DNA from: an uncultured Candidatus Saccharibacteria bacterium
Lineage (GTDB): Bacteria > Patescibacteriota > Minisyncoccia > Phycocordibacterales > PALSA-1337
Length of the DNA: 64,000 nucleotides
Assembly (NCBI GenBank): GCA_964357605.1
Contig: CAYHLX010000001.1
Location: 5,159 to 69,158 of the forward strand
Direction: 5' to 3'
The translations under genes were made by a program, and so were the position numbers. Each line of letters opens with the position of its first letter. Position 1 is the stretch's first letter. The notes under the pieces were generated by a model, which worked only from the letters and a program-made list of their open reading frames with translations, did not search any database and had not been told where the DNA came from. Below, in pieces: positions 26,975 to 37,603 of the stretch.

Positions 26975-28177
26975 ATGAGTTTAAAATTTACCATAGAAAA
27001 AGAACTGACTAATGGAAGGGGTAGAGTGGGGAAGATTGAAACTACTCATGGGGTAATAAATACCCCGGCTTTTATTGTGGTTGGTACCAAAGGAACAGTT
27101 AAAGCACTGACATCAGAACAAGTCTTCTCTCTTGGTACAGAAGCAGTTTTGGCCAATACTTATCATCTTTACTTGCAACCAGGAGAGGGGATCGTGAGAC
27201 AAGCCGGGGGATTACATAAAATGATGAATTGGTCAGGTCCAACCTTTACAGATTCTGGGGGTTTTCAGGCTTTTTCATTGGGAGTAGCTTTTAATAACAA
27301 GGTGGGGAAAATCCAGGAAAGTTCTGATGGGGAAGTTTTTACTCCAGCGAACTTGCCGAATTTTGCGAAAGTGGATGAGGATGGTGTAATATTTAAATCA
27401 ATCATCGACGGCAGTTCTCATCGGTTTACCCCAGAACGCTCAATAGAAATACAGCAGAATATTGGTGCTGATATTATTTTTGCTTTTGATGAATGTACTT
27501 CACCTCATGCCCCATATGTATATCAAAAAGAAGCGATGGAACGTACTCATAGGTGGGCACAGAGGTCTCTAAGTTATCACCGAGCTAATGTAAAAAATTC
27601 CATCAATCCAACCCAGTCAATTTTCGGCATTGTTCAAGGAGGACGCCATGAAGATTTGAGAAAAGAGAGTGCAAAAATAATCGGAAAGATGGATTTTGAT
27701 GGCTTCGGTATCGGGGGTTCTTTTGACAAGGAAGATATCTATACAGCTGTTGGTTGGGTGAATGATATTTTGCCAAAACAAAAACCGAGACATCTTCTCG
27801 GGATTGGTGAGCCCGCGGATATCTTTGGAGGAATAGAGAGTGGTGTAGATACTTTTGATTGTGTTTCGCCTACCCGCATAGCTCGCAACGGCGGTTTGTA
27901 TACGAGAGATGGCCAGATAAATATTCTTAATGCAAAATTTAAGAATGATTTTGAAAAAATAGATGCTCAATGCTTTTGCTACACCTGTTCTCACTATTCT
28001 CATGCCTACCTTTCACATTTATTTAGAGCTAAAGAAATATTGGGATCAACATTGGCGTCAATTCACAACCTTTATTTTATTGTAAATCTAGTCAAAGAAA
28101 TCCGTGTTTCTATGTTGGAGGGAAAGTTTGAGGAATTCAGAAAGAGTTTTTTGGAGAGGTACTATAAAAATAATTAA
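26975..28177 (+). CDS. tgt: tRNA-guanine transglycosylase
   Basis: LANTYHL, TDSGGFQ, GIVQGG, DTFDCVSPTR, CFCYTC...HNL. Confidence 0.95.
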   Translation: MSLKFTIEKELTNGRGRVGKIETTHGVINTPAFIVVGTKGTVKALTSEQVFSLGTEAVLANTYHLYLQPGEGIVRQAGGLHKMMNWSGPTFTDSGGFQAFSLGVAFNNKVGKIQESSDGEVFTPANLPNFAKVDEDGVIFKSIIDGSSHRFTPERSIEIQQNIGADIIFAFDECTSPHAPYVYQKEAMERTHRWAQRSLSYHRANVKNSINPTQSIFGIVQGGRHEDLRKESAKIIGKMDFDGFGIGGSFDKEDIYTAVGWVNDILPKQKPRHLLGIGEPADIFGGIESGVDTFDCVSPTRIARNGGLYTRDGQINILNAKFKNDFEKIDAQCFCYTCSHYSHAYLSHLFRAKEILGSTLASIHNLYFIVNLVKEIRVSMLEGKFEEFRKSFLERYYKNN

Positions 28178-29172
28178 ATCTCCCTGACCTTATAGTCTCC
28201 TGGCGCTCTAGAAAGCCACCATTCTACTTGTTCTTTGGTTAGAAGCCCTTCTTGTGCGCCGACATATTGAATTACTGACATGGGATTTACTGGTGCCCAA
28301 ACAAAGGCTTCTAGTGGCGATTTTCCCATAATGAGGGCCGAGACGAAAGTAGCTGCAAAAGAGTCTCCACAACCAGTTCTCTCTACTGGAGGTTTGGGGT
28401 CTGGATAGATAGGCATGAAATAGAAGTGTTCACCATCAAGCATGTATGATCCTTTTGGGCCATCAGTAATAATAACGATCTTTGGTCCATAAGCGTGAAG
28501 CTCAGCTAATAACTCTTTTATGTCACTAGATTTTGTATTCAGAATTCTCTGAGCTTCTTCAACATTTACGAAAAATACTTCGGTCCGGATATAAATATCT
28601 TTTAGTTTATTTATACCTAATTTCATTTGGAATGTTCCCGGTTGGAAAGCTAATTTGATTTCTGGATTTATTTTTAACCATTCTGCTATCCTTCCATGAT
28701 AAGCTTCGGTGTTTGAGGCCAGGGAACTCAAATAGACCCACTTGGGAGTTGGAGAAATAGTTGGTAGATGATATTCATACTCCACGTGATTTACGAGAAT
28801 TGTTCTGTCCACATCGTACCAAAGTACAAAGTGATAGTTGGTTGGTTTTTGATCATGTTTTTTTATATAGGTCGTTTTAACATTTTCTTCCTTAAGCTTG
28901 GCTAGGCAATCTGATCCATTTTGGTCATCACCGATATTAGCTACTAAGGAGGATCTTAAGCCTAATCGAGCGGCTACTACAGATGCGTTGGCAGAATTTC
29001 CCACAGCTTTGATAATCTTTACATATTCGAAAGGTACTTTGTCTCCAAATCTCATGCACAGTTCGCATCTTTCTGTATTTAAAATACAATGAACACTAGC
29101 ATCTTCAATCCTAATAAAAGCATCAGTGGTGATATCTCCTATGGCTAGGAAGTCTATAGATTTTTGAAACAT
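28174..29172 (-). CDS. PfkB-family carbohydrate kinase
   Basis: GNSANASV.AARLG, ITDGPKG, ERTGCGDSF. Confidence 0.9.
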   Translation of the reverse strand: MFQKSIDFLAIGDITTDAFIRIEDASVHCILNTERCELCMRFGDKVPFEYVKIIKAVGNSANASVVAARLGLRSSLVANIGDDQNGSDCLAKLKEENVKTTYIKKHDQKPTNYHFVLWYDVDRTILVNHVEYEYHLPTISPTPKWVYLSSLASNTEAYHGRIAEWLKINPEIKLAFQPGTFQMKLGINKLKDIYIRTEVFFVNVEEAQRILNTKSSDIKELLAELHAYGPKIVIITDGPKGSYMLDGEHFYFMPIYPDPKPPVERTGCGDSFAATFVSALIMGKSPLEAFVWAPVNPMSVIQYVGAQEGLLTKEQVEWWLSRAPGDYKVREI

Positions 29173-29188
29173 ATGGTAGAATTATAAC

Positions 29189-30055
29189 ATGATTAGAGCT
29201 ATACAAACTTTACAAGAGTGTATAAAGAGTGCCCAAGATAGAAAAGTCGCGATTGGACATTTTAATATTTCAAATATTGAAGGTTTTTGGGCGGTGGTAC
29301 AAGCGGCGAAGGAATTAAAGTTGCCTGTAATCATCGGAGTGTCTGAAGGCGAAAGAGATTTTATGGGAGTACGTGAGATAGCCGCAATGGTTAAGACCTA
29401 TAGAGAATCTACTGGACAATTAGTCTTTCTAAATGCTGATCACACCTACTCTTTTGAAAGGGTTGTGGAAGTAGTAGATGCTGGATATGACTCTGTCATT
29501 TTCGATGGTACAGAGCTTCCTTTGGAAAAAAATATCCAAACAACTAAAAAAAGTCTAGAGTATGCCAAATCAAAAAATCCATCCATTCTCTTTGAGGCAG
29601 AAATAGGTTTCATTGGTAAATCATCAAAAATACTCGATGCTATTCCTGAGGGTGTCGGCCGACTAACTTCTTTAGAAGAAGCTGTAGATTTTGTGAAAGA
29701 GACGGGTGTTGATATGTTGGCTCCAGCTGTTGGAAATGTCCATGGTATAGTCAGGGGCGGAGAGCCAGCTCTCAATATTTCGCTTATAAAAGAAATAAGT
29801 CAAACAGTGGGAATACCACTGGTCTTGCATGGTGCTTCTGGTAATTCAAATGAGGAAGTGATGGCGGCAATAAATGCTGGAATTACTATTGTTCATGTTA
29901 ATACCGAATTACGTGTAGCGTACCGAGCTGGTTTAATAAAATCTCTTCAGGAAAACCCAGACGAAGTAGCTCCTTACAAATATCTGAAAGGTGCCCGTAA
30001 CGCAATGCAAAAAGTGGTGGAAGAAAAATTAAAAGTTTTTAATAAAATGATTTAA
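29189..30055 (+). CDS. fba: Class II fructose-bisphosphate aldolase
   Basis: LNADH, EAEIG, GNVHG, LVLHGASG. Confidence 0.9.
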   Translation: MIRAIQTLQECIKSAQDRKVAIGHFNISNIEGFWAVVQAAKELKLPVIIGVSEGERDFMGVREIAAMVKTYRESTGQLVFLNADHTYSFERVVEVVDAGYDSVIFDGTELPLEKNIQTTKKSLEYAKSKNPSILFEAEIGFIGKSSKILDAIPEGVGRLTSLEEAVDFVKETGVDMLAPAVGNVHGIVRGGEPALNISLIKEISQTVGIPLVLHGASGNSNEEVMAAINAGITIVHVNTELRVAYRAGLIKSLQENPDEVAPYKYLKGARNAMQKVVEEKLKVFNKMI

Positions 30056-30067
30056 AGAAAGTAAATT

Positions 30068-31036
30068 ATGAAAAATGTTTTTGTCACGAGAAGAATTCCG
30101 GCCATAGGCATCAAAATGCTTATTGATAAGGGGTATTCAGTTTATATTGGTACGAAAGATCGCCCCATGAACAAAAAAGAGTTGATCCGAGCTTTACAGA
30201 AGAGACCGTACGAGGCAGTTCTTACTTTGTTAACTGATATTATCGATAAAGATGTGATGAATTCTGCTCCAAGTGTAAAGATTTATGCAAATTATGCAAT
30301 CGGTTTCAATAATATTGACATAGCAGAAGCTCAGAAAAGGAATATTTTTGTAACCAACACTCCTGGTGGTGGTGCCGATAGAGTGGCTGAGCATGCTTGG
30401 GCACTAATCTTGGCTTTGAGTTGTAGAGTTGTAGAGGGTGATGTGTATGTAAAAAAAGGTAAATATAAGGGTTGGGATCCAATGCTACTGCACGGTACAA
30501 AGTTAGCTGGAAAGACACTCGGGATAATTGGTACTGGCAAAATTGGTTCGGATGTGGCCCATCGTGGCAAGAATGGTTTTGGTATGAATATCGTTTATTA
30601 TGATATAAAAAGAAATGAACAGTTAGAAAAGGATTTTGGGGCCGTATTTTATGAAAATCTTGAAGAAGTTCTAAAAATTTCTGACGTTGTTTCTCTACAT
30701 GTACCACTTCTTGAATCTACTCATCACCTGATAAATTGGGAAAGGTTAAAAATGATGAAACCATCAGCGTATCTTATAAATACCTCCAGAGGCCCTGTTG
30801 TGGATGAGAAGGCTCTAGTCGAAGCTTTAAAGCACGATCTTATAAAAGGTGCTGGACTTGATGTTTTTGAGTTTGAACCAAAGCTTGCAAAGGGCTTAGC
30901 TAAGCTCTCAAATGTTGTTTTGACTCCACACATAGCTTCTGGAACAGATGAAGCTCGTCACGAAATGGCCGTACTTTCTGCTACTAATGTTATTGACACC
31001 CTTGAGGGTAGACAGCCAAAAAACATGGTATACTAA
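30068..31036 (+). CDS. D-glycerate dehydrogenase / D-isomer 2-hydroxyacid dehydrogenase
   Basis: GIIGTGKIG, INTSRGPVVDE, LDVFEFEP, LTPHIAS. Confidence 0.9.
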   Translation: MKNVFVTRRIPAIGIKMLIDKGYSVYIGTKDRPMNKKELIRALQKRPYEAVLTLLTDIIDKDVMNSAPSVKIYANYAIGFNNIDIAEAQKRNIFVTNTPGGGADRVAEHAWALILALSCRVVEGDVYVKKGKYKGWDPMLLHGTKLAGKTLGIIGTGKIGSDVAHRGKNGFGMNIVYYDIKRNEQLEKDFGAVFYENLEEVLKISDVVSLHVPLLESTHHLINWERLKMMKPSAYLINTSRGPVVDEKALVEALKHDLIKGAGLDVFEFEPKLAKGLAKLSNVVLTPHIASGTDEARHEMAVLSATNVIDTLEGRQPKNMVY

Positions 31037-31044
31037 ATATATAT

Positions 31045-31281
31045 ATGAGTAACGGAGTAGAATTTGAAGAAGATAAGTATGGTCTGGGTGGACAAATGAA
31101 TGCCCAACAGCGTTTTGTGCCAGGTCAGTCTGGAGGTACGTCTGCATCGAGTTCTAAAATGGCTCGATGGTTGATAAATAAAGGTATTGTCAAATCAGAC
31201 TCCGGTGCACAGATTATACTAATCATTGTTGTAATTATTAACATAATCGTCACTTTTTTCGTGATAAAATATTTTATATGA
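31045..31281 (+). CDS. Small membrane protein with C-terminal TM helix
   Basis: 78 aa ORF with hydrophobic C-terminus IILIIVVIINIIVTFFVIKYFI. Confidence 0.7.
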   Translation: MSNGVEFEEDKYGLGGQMNAQQRFVPGQSGGTSASSSKMARWLINKGIVKSDSGAQIILIIVVIINIIVTFFVIKYFI

Positions 31282-31385
31282 AAGGACAAGTTCAGAAAAT
31301 GTCAAAATCCGTCTACTTTCTTCTGGTTGTTGTGATCATTATTAATATCGTTGTCACTTATGTGATGATTCGTTATTTTGTCTAA
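31278..31385 (+). CDS. 35-aa membrane peptide paralogous to the TM of the preceding gene (absent from the ORF track)
   Basis: ATGA overlap with the upstream stop. MKGQVQKMSKSVYFLLVVVIIINIVVTYVMIRYFV. Confidence 0.55.
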   Translation: MKGQVQKMSKSVYFLLVVVIIINIVVTYVMIRYFV

Positions 31386-31395
31386 ATCTATACCC

Positions 31396-32283
31396 ATGAA
31401 AAAAAACTTAAAAACAAGAGGCTTTACTTTGATTGAGCTTCTAGTAGTGATTTCAATCATCGGCATGATGTCCTCTGTGGTACTCGCAGCCGTTAATAAC
31501 GCTCGAAAAAGTGGCAGTGTTGCCGCTGGTCTCAGTTTTAGTGGGTATAATTATAGAACAATGGGAGATTTAGCCTTTGGTTTTTGGGATTTCAATGAAC
31601 CAAATGGAACCACTGCCTATGATTTGTCAGAAAATAGATTCAATGCAACCTTCGCTGTTCCTGGGCCAACTAGAGATACAGCAGAAAAACCATCAAAGAG
31701 AGGTGCTTCGATGAATTTTACTGGAACAAACAATAACTTGGTAGCCACTATTAGTTCACAAAAGAATCTCTGTAATAATATAAATACTGTGGATGGTTGC
31801 AATTCTTCTACTGTGAGTGCTTGGGTCTGGCCTACTAGTGTCAGTAATCAAGGAACTATAATTGATACGGGTACCCCTGCAATTAGAAGTGTAAGGATGT
31901 TATTTTCTGCTACTGCTGGATCTGTGGTTTGTGGATATGGTAACGTCTTAGTCACTTTTTCTGAAGCCCTTGTCAAGGTAGGAGAATGGCAACATCTCAC
32001 TTGTTCGTATACTGGAAATGGCACGACAGGTAAGATGACATTCTATCTAAATGGAAAAATGATTATTTCAAAAACATTAAACGTATCATTAGCTGATCTT
32101 TCTAGGTTAATACCGTCTGTGACAATAGGAAATTATCCTGGTGGTGGTGCGGCAAACCTCCCCTTCATCTTTAATGGTAAAATGGATGATGTAGCTATAT
32201 ATGGTAAAGTTCTCACTGCTCTAGAGATTAGACACATCTATGCTAGAGGTTTAGCTGAACACTCTATTGCTAGGGCTGAATAA
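31396..32283 (+). CDS. Type IV pilin-like protein with LamG domain
   Basis: [23 protein letters not shown], then WDFNE...WQHL...FYLNG...FNGKMDDVAIY. Confidence 0.9.
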   Translation: MKKNLKTRGFTLIELLVVISIIGMMSSVVLAAVNNARKSGSVAAGLSFSGYNYRTMGDLAFGFWDFNEPNGTTAYDLSENRFNATFAVPGPTRDTAEKPSKRGASMNFTGTNNNLVATISSQKNLCNNINTVDGCNSSTVSAWVWPTSVSNQGTIIDTGTPAIRSVRMLFSATAGSVVCGYGNVLVTFSEALVKVGEWQHLTCSYTGNGTTGKMTFYLNGKMIISKTLNVSLADLSRLIPSVTIGNYPGGGAANLPFIFNGKMDDVAIYGKVLTALEIRHIYARGLAEHSIARAE

Positions 32284-32341
32284 TCATTCCCCCTCTACAT
32301 CTACTTGATTTTTAAACCACCCTATAGTAAAGTATGCTCCT

Positions 32342-33001
32342 ATGATTAGTTTAACTGTAGAAAAGAGAGACTCAAAGGTTAAAGTAGATGTCCTGAGAAA
32401 ACAAGGCAAAGTGCCTGCTGTTTTCTATGGACCAAAACAGAAGTCCTCTTCTGTTTATGTCTCCATGAAAGATTTCGTCAAAGTCTGGAAAAAGGCCGGT
32501 GAATCTTCAGTTATTATCCTTAAAGACGGAGAAACAGAACACGAAGCTCTAATACACGAAATAGACATTCATCCTATAACCGGAGTTCCGCGCCACGCCG
32601 ATTTTTATGTGATAGAAAAAGGAAAAAAAGTAAGAGTCCATGTACCACTTATTTTTGATGGAGTTTCTTCAGCTGTAAAGGATCAAGGAGGAATACTTAT
32701 CAAGGTGATGCGTGAGCTTGAGATTGAAGCCACACCCAAAGACTTACCATATGAGTTAAAAGTAGATCTTTCTCTACTTATAGATATCTCTAGTGTGATC
32801 ACAGCGAAGGAGATAAAAATCCCTGCCAATGTCACACTCATTGCCAAACCAGATGAAATCGTCGCATCTATTGCATTGGCCAAAGAAGAAGTAGAAGAAG
32901 TCAAACCAGTAGATATGTCTGCTATCGAAGTAGAAAAGAAGGGTAAAGAAGCTAAAGAGGGAGAAGAGGTAGTAGCTCCAGAAGCAGAAGCAAAAAAATA
33001 G
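32342..33001 (+). CDS. rplY: 50S ribosomal protein L25 (Ctc form)
   Basis: LRKQGKVPAVFYG, HADFY, C-terminal Ctc domain. Confidence 0.93.
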   Translation: MISLTVEKRDSKVKVDVLRKQGKVPAVFYGPKQKSSSVYVSMKDFVKVWKKAGESSVIILKDGETEHEALIHEIDIHPITGVPRHADFYVIEKGKKVRVHVPLIFDGVSSAVKDQGGILIKVMRELEIEATPKDLPYELKVDLSLLIDISSVITAKEIKIPANVTLIAKPDEIVASIALAKEEVEEVKPVDMSAIEVEKKGKEAKEGEEVVAPEAEAKK

Positions 33002-33018
33002 TGATAGAATAAGGAGAC

Positions 33019-34380
33019 ATGCTGACTAAGCATTCAATCCAGAAGTTTTTCATTTTGCTTATATTTTCAAGTATAGTTTTTTCGCCTTTTATGGCTCATG
33101 GTCAAATTACTGAGACTCCAGATCAAAAACAGACTAGATTGGAAGCAGAATTAGCGCAGGTAGAGGCAGAACAGAGAGAAACTCAAAAAGTTCTTTCCGC
33201 TGCCCAAAACCAGTCGTCCTCACTTAAAAGAGATATTCTCATCCTAGATACCAAGATCAAAGCGGCTGAGCTCAATATAAGGGCAAAGAACCTACTCATA
33301 GAGAGTTTAGGAAAAGATATTAATAAAAAGCAGGAGACCATAGAAGGTCTATTGGAAAGAATTGAAAAAGGCCAGGAGACTTTAGCTCAGATTATGAGAA
33401 AGACTAATGAAGTAGACACAGTGACTCTACCAGAGATTATCTTGTCTAATGAAAATTTGACCCATGTATTTTATGATCTTGATTCTTTTGAATCAGTCCA
33501 GCTATCATTACAGAAGACTTTTGAAGAGATACGTACAGTAAAATCACAAACAGAAACAGAGAAAGATGCTCTTGATAAAAGAAAAGGCCAAGAACAAGAT
33601 GCTAGGTTGACTATTCAGCAAGAAAAGAGAAATATTGCTAATGATCAGATTGAAAAACAACGCTTACTTAATATTAGTAAAAATAATGAGCAGACATATT
33701 CTCAAGTCTTAGAAGAAAAACAGAGGAAGGCTGCTCAAATTAGGGCCGCGCTATTTGCCTTGAGGGATACGGCCGCAATTCCTTTCGGTGATGCTTTGAA
33801 ATATGCCAATGAGGCGGCTAAGATGACTGGTATTCGTCCGGCTTTTCTCTTGGCTATTTTGACTCAAGAATCGTCTCTGGGGGCAAATGTTGGCTCGTGC
33901 TATTTGGTTGATACGAAGACTGGTACTGGTTCTGGAGTAAAGACTGGAAATACGATCAAAAAGGTTATGAATCCAACACGCGATGTACCGCCTTTTCTAA
34001 CTATTACCAAGGAACTAGGATTAGATCATACAAAGACACTCGTTTCCTGTCCTCAGTCTGTTGGTTGGGGTGGCGCAATGGGTCCAGCACAGTTCATTCC
34101 TTCTACCTGGATGCTTTTTAAAGAGAGGATTGCTAAAGCGGTAGGCACAAGTATTCCAAATCCATGGTCGCCAAAAGATGCTTTCATGGCTTCGGCTATC
34201 TACCTTACTGATCTAGGAGCGATAAATGGTAGTTATAATGGTGAACAAAATGCTGCCTGTCGATATTATTCAGGAAGATCTTGTAGTTCATCATCTCTAA
34301 TCAAGTCTTATGGTACATCAGTCATGACAAAAGCAAACAATATTCAAAAGAACATGATTGATCCATTACAAGGATTATGA
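33019..34380 (+). CDS. Coiled-coil lytic murein transglycosylase
   Basis: Signal peptide, long coiled coil, LAILTQES, GAMGPAQFIPSTW. Confidence 0.85.
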   Translation: MLTKHSIQKFFILLIFSSIVFSPFMAHGQITETPDQKQTRLEAELAQVEAEQRETQKVLSAAQNQSSSLKRDILILDTKIKAAELNIRAKNLLIESLGKDINKKQETIEGLLERIEKGQETLAQIMRKTNEVDTVTLPEIILSNENLTHVFYDLDSFESVQLSLQKTFEEIRTVKSQTETEKDALDKRKGQEQDARLTIQQEKRNIANDQIEKQRLLNISKNNEQTYSQVLEEKQRKAAQIRAALFALRDTAAIPFGDALKYANEAAKMTGIRPAFLLAILTQESSLGANVGSCYLVDTKTGTGSGVKTGNTIKKVMNPTRDVPPFLTITKELGLDHTKTLVSCPQSVGWGGAMGPAQFIPSTWMLFKERIAKAVGTSIPNPWSPKDAFMASAIYLTDLGAINGSYNGEQNAACRYYSGRSCSSSSLIKSYGTSVMTKANNIQKNMIDPLQGL

Positions 34381-34387
34381 TAGATGA

Positions 34388-34987
34388 TTAGGGATTTTGA
34401 AAACAACCCTTTGGTTTTGTTACATCATATGACAATCCTACACCATAGGTATAACCAGATGCTTCACTGGATCCAGAACTACCCACACAAAAATAACCAT
34501 TTTTACCAGGAAGATAAGCACCGATGGATAAATGATTTTTACCACCACCAGGACTATTGAGGGGTGCACCTATAACTAGCTGGTTTGAAATTGTGTTGTT
34601 ACCGATAGTGCTGATGATTTTTTCGCATATCCTAGAAGCTTCTGGGTTTGCGACCCTAATTGCCGAGGTGAATACTTCAGAACATGAAGTACCATCATTA
34701 TCTATGTAACAATAAAAACTAAAGTTATCACCAGAACCAGAATAGGAGCATCCATTTAAATATGGTGGTGGAGGTCTCATTTGCCAATTTTCATAATTTC
34801 CTTTTTCTGCATAGGTGCCCTGAAAGAGTAATCTCAATTGCAACATACTGGTTTTGATCGCGGCATCTTTTGATTTTAATCTTGCGGTATTTACTGAGGC
34901 GAGAACAACACTAGACATCATGCCAATGATTGAGATGACGACGAGAAGTTCTATAAGAGTAAAACCTTTTTTGTCTGACCACTTCAT
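34388..34987 (-). CDS. Type IV pilin-like protein
   Basis: [26 protein letters not shown]...AR.KSKDA, FCVGSSG. Confidence 0.9.
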   Translation of the reverse strand: MKWSDKKGFTLIELLVVISIIGMMSSVVLASVNTARLKSKDAAIKTSMLQLRLLFQGTYAEKGNYENWQMRPPPPYLNGCSYSGSGDNFSFYCYIDNDGTSCSEVFTSAIRVANPEASRICEKIISTIGNNTISNQLVIGAPLNSPGGGKNHLSIGAYLPGKNGYFCVGSSGSSEASGYTYGVGLSYDVTKPKGCFQNP

Positions 34988-35049
34988 AGTTTAATGGTAC
35001 CATAGATCTTTTGTTGCAAAAATAGGTCTTATTTGTTATATTTCCATCT

Positions 35050-35313
35050 ATGAAGAAAGATATCCACCCAAAGGAATATAGACCAGTAGTTTTCGTTGAT
35101 AACTCAAACGGAGCGCAGTTTCTCATTTCCTCAACTATCAAATCAACCGAAAAAATAAAATGGACAGATGGCAAAGAATACCCGGCTGTGCATGTTGAAA
35201 TTTCTAGCGCTTCTCACCCTTTTTATACCAACCAGGAGAAGACTCTAGATAGTGCCGGTAGAGTAGAAAAATTCAAGTCTCGCCAAGCCAAAGCCACCAA
35301 GAAAAAGGCTTAG
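35050..35313 (+). CDS. rpmE: 50S ribosomal protein L31 (type B, Cys-free)
   Basis: [15 protein letters not shown]...[11 protein letters not shown]...AGRVEKF. Confidence 0.95.
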   Translation: MKKDIHPKEYRPVVFVDNSNGAQFLISSTIKSTEKIKWTDGKEYPAVHVEISSASHPFYTNQEKTLDSAGRVEKFKSRQAKATKKKA

Positions 35314-36243
35314 ATGAATCTAGAAGAACTAAAGAAAAACCACACCACCGCTTATTTGGCGGAGCAGTACGAATCACTTTTGAAACAAGAAAAGGATCTT
35401 TTGGCTATGGCCGAGAAGGACCCATCCATGAAAGAGCTTATTCAATCAGAAATTCTAACTCTGGCAGATCAGAAGAAGTCAATTGAAGCTCAAGCTCAAG
35501 CCTTCCTAGATTCACAAAAAGAAGAATTAGAGTATCCGACAGAATTGATTTTGGAAATTAGGGCGGGTGCTGGTGGAGATGAGGCCGCTCTGTTTGCTGA
35601 AGAGATTTTGCAGATGTACAAGAGATATGCCGAGACACGTGGCTGGTCAGCCAAGATTATTGAAGACTTAACCTTGGAAATAAAAGGAAAAGAAGCCTAC
35701 ACCGCCTTAAAATATGAAACTGGGGTTCATCGGGTCCAGAGAATACCTGAAACAGAGAAAATGGGACGAGTCCATACTTCTACAGTAACTGTAGCTATTT
35801 TGCCTATTAGGAAAAAAATTACCCTGGATGTTCCTCCAACCGATCTTCATATTGAAACTTCACGAGCGGGCGGAAAAGGAGGTCAGAACGTCAATAAAGT
35901 AGAAACTGCGGTTAGGATCGTGCATATCCCAACCGGTCTTGATGTGAGAGCGACCAACGAGAGAAGTCAGTCAGCCAATAAGGAAAGAGCCATGACTATC
36001 CTTATGGCCAAATTACAAGCTTTAAAGGAGGAGGAAGAGGCCAAGAAATTTAATGCTGATAAGAAAGGACAGATTGGCACAGGGGATAGATCAGAGAAGA
36101 TTCGTACCTACAACTTTCCCCAGGATCGTATCACAGACCATCGGGTAAAGGAGTCTTGGAGTAATATCCACAATATTCTTCTGGGGAAGCTTGACCCTAT
36201 CATTGACCATTTGGCCGAGTTTGAGAAGAATTTGCAAAAATAA
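35314..36243 (+). CDS. prfA: Peptide chain release factor 1
   Basis: [23 protein letters not shown] (PxT), [21 protein letters not shown]. Confidence 0.92.
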   Translation: MNLEELKKNHTTAYLAEQYESLLKQEKDLLAMAEKDPSMKELIQSEILTLADQKKSIEAQAQAFLDSQKEELEYPTELILEIRAGAGGDEAALFAEEILQMYKRYAETRGWSAKIIEDLTLEIKGKEAYTALKYETGVHRVQRIPETEKMGRVHTSTVTVAILPIRKKITLDVPPTDLHIETSRAGGKGGQNVNKVETAVRIVHIPTGLDVRATNERSQSANKERAMTILMAKLQALKEEEEAKKFNADKKGQIGTGDRSEKIRTYNFPQDRITDHRVKESWSNIHNILLGKLDPIIDHLAEFEKNLQK

Positions 36244-36276
36244 GCCTTATTTGTTACACTCCTCTTTACCTTAATT

Positions 36277-36984
36277 ATGTCATCAATAACCCCCAAAACA
36301 GCGAACAAACCTCAAATTGACAGTATGTTCAACGCCGGAGCTCACTTCGCTTTCTCTCGTTCACGCAGACATCCTACCGTTTCCCCATATATCTTCGGGG
36401 TAAAAAATAAAGTAGAAATATTTGATTTAGAAAAAACAGAATCTTTGCTCGGTATTGCAAAGGATTTTATAAAGTCTATGGCCAAGGAAGGGAAAGTCAT
36501 TCTTCTTGTCGGAGGAAAGAGTGAAGCGAGAAATGCTGTTAAAAACGGGGCTATGTCCATAAATATGCCTTTTGTAGATGGAAGATGGATAGGAGGAACT
36601 CTAACCAACTTTGGTCAGATCAGAAAAAGAGTGGAAAAGATGGAAAAACTAGTTTCCGAGAAGGAAAAAGGTGAACTATCAAAGTACACAAAGAAGGAGA
36701 GACTTCTTATTGACCGAGAAATCGCTAACCTAGAAAGATTTTTCTCTGGAATCGTTTCTATGAAAGAACTACCAAAAGCTTTGTTTGTGATAGATTCCAA
36801 GAAAGAGAAAAATGCCGTAAAAGAGGCTCAAGATATGGGTATTCCTGTCATTGCCCTTACCGGTTCCGATTGCAATCTTAAAGAGGTAACCTACCCTATT
36901 GTCGGAAATGATGCCTCCCAGACTAGTATTCAATTCTTTGTTAATGAGATCACCAAGGCCTATTCAGAAGGCAAGAAAGTGTAG
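36277..36984 (+). CDS. rpsB: 30S ribosomal protein S2
   Basis: AGAHF, RWIGGTLTNF, PIVGND. Confidence 0.95.
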   Translation: MSSITPKTANKPQIDSMFNAGAHFAFSRSRRHPTVSPYIFGVKNKVEIFDLEKTESLLGIAKDFIKSMAKEGKVILLVGGKSEARNAVKNGAMSINMPFVDGRWIGGTLTNFGQIRKRVEKMEKLVSEKEKGELSKYTKKERLLIDREIANLERFFSGIVSMKELPKALFVIDSKKEKNAVKEAQDMGIPVIALTGSDCNLKEVTYPIVGNDASQTSIQFFVNEITKAYSEGKKV

Positions 36985-36998
36985 TATAATGTGAGTCT

Positions 36999-37586
36999 AT
37001 GATTACCACAGAACAAATCAAAGATTTGCGTGATCAGACAGGCGTGTCGATCATGCAGTGTAAGAAGGCTCTAGAAGAAGCCAAGGGCGATATTGAGAAA
37101 GCTTTAGTCATACTTAGAAAAAAGAGCGGGGAACTAGCTGCCAAGAAGACAGACAGGACTTTTGGCGCTGGGACTGTGCAAGCATATATTCACTCTACAG
37201 GTAATGTCGGAAGTATGGTCGTCCTGATGTGCGAAACAGACTTTGTCTCAGGGAATGATGAGTTCAAGGCTCTCGCTCGCGATATTGCGATGCATATTAC
37301 CGCGACCAATCCTAAATTTTTGAGAAAGGAAGATATAAATGAGGCAGCTCGCGCTACTGCCAAGGAAGTCTTTGCCAATGAGGTCAAGGATAAGCCAAAG
37401 GACATGCAAGAAAAGATTCTGGAGGGTAAACTCTCCACTTATTTCAGCGAGATGGTGCTCTTGGACCAACCTTTCATCAAAAACCCAGAAATGACCATCC
37501 AGAACCTTATTGATAATGCTGTACTGAAATTTGGAGAAAAAATTGCTATAGATCGCTTCAATAGATTTGCTACTCTAGAAAAATAA
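36999..37586 (+). CDS. tsf: Elongation factor Ts (short form)
   Basis: LRDQTGVSIMQCKKAL, CETDFV, LLDQPFIK. Follows rpsB. Confidence 0.95.
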   Translation: MITTEQIKDLRDQTGVSIMQCKKALEEAKGDIEKALVILRKKSGELAAKKTDRTFGAGTVQAYIHSTGNVGSMVVLMCETDFVSGNDEFKALARDIAMHITATNPKFLRKEDINEAARATAKEVFANEVKDKPKDMQEKILEGKLSTYFSEMVLLDQPFIKNPEMTIQNLIDNAVLKFGEKIAIDRFNRFATLEK

Positions 37587-37603
37587 TTTTTTCTAACTAT
37601 TTT

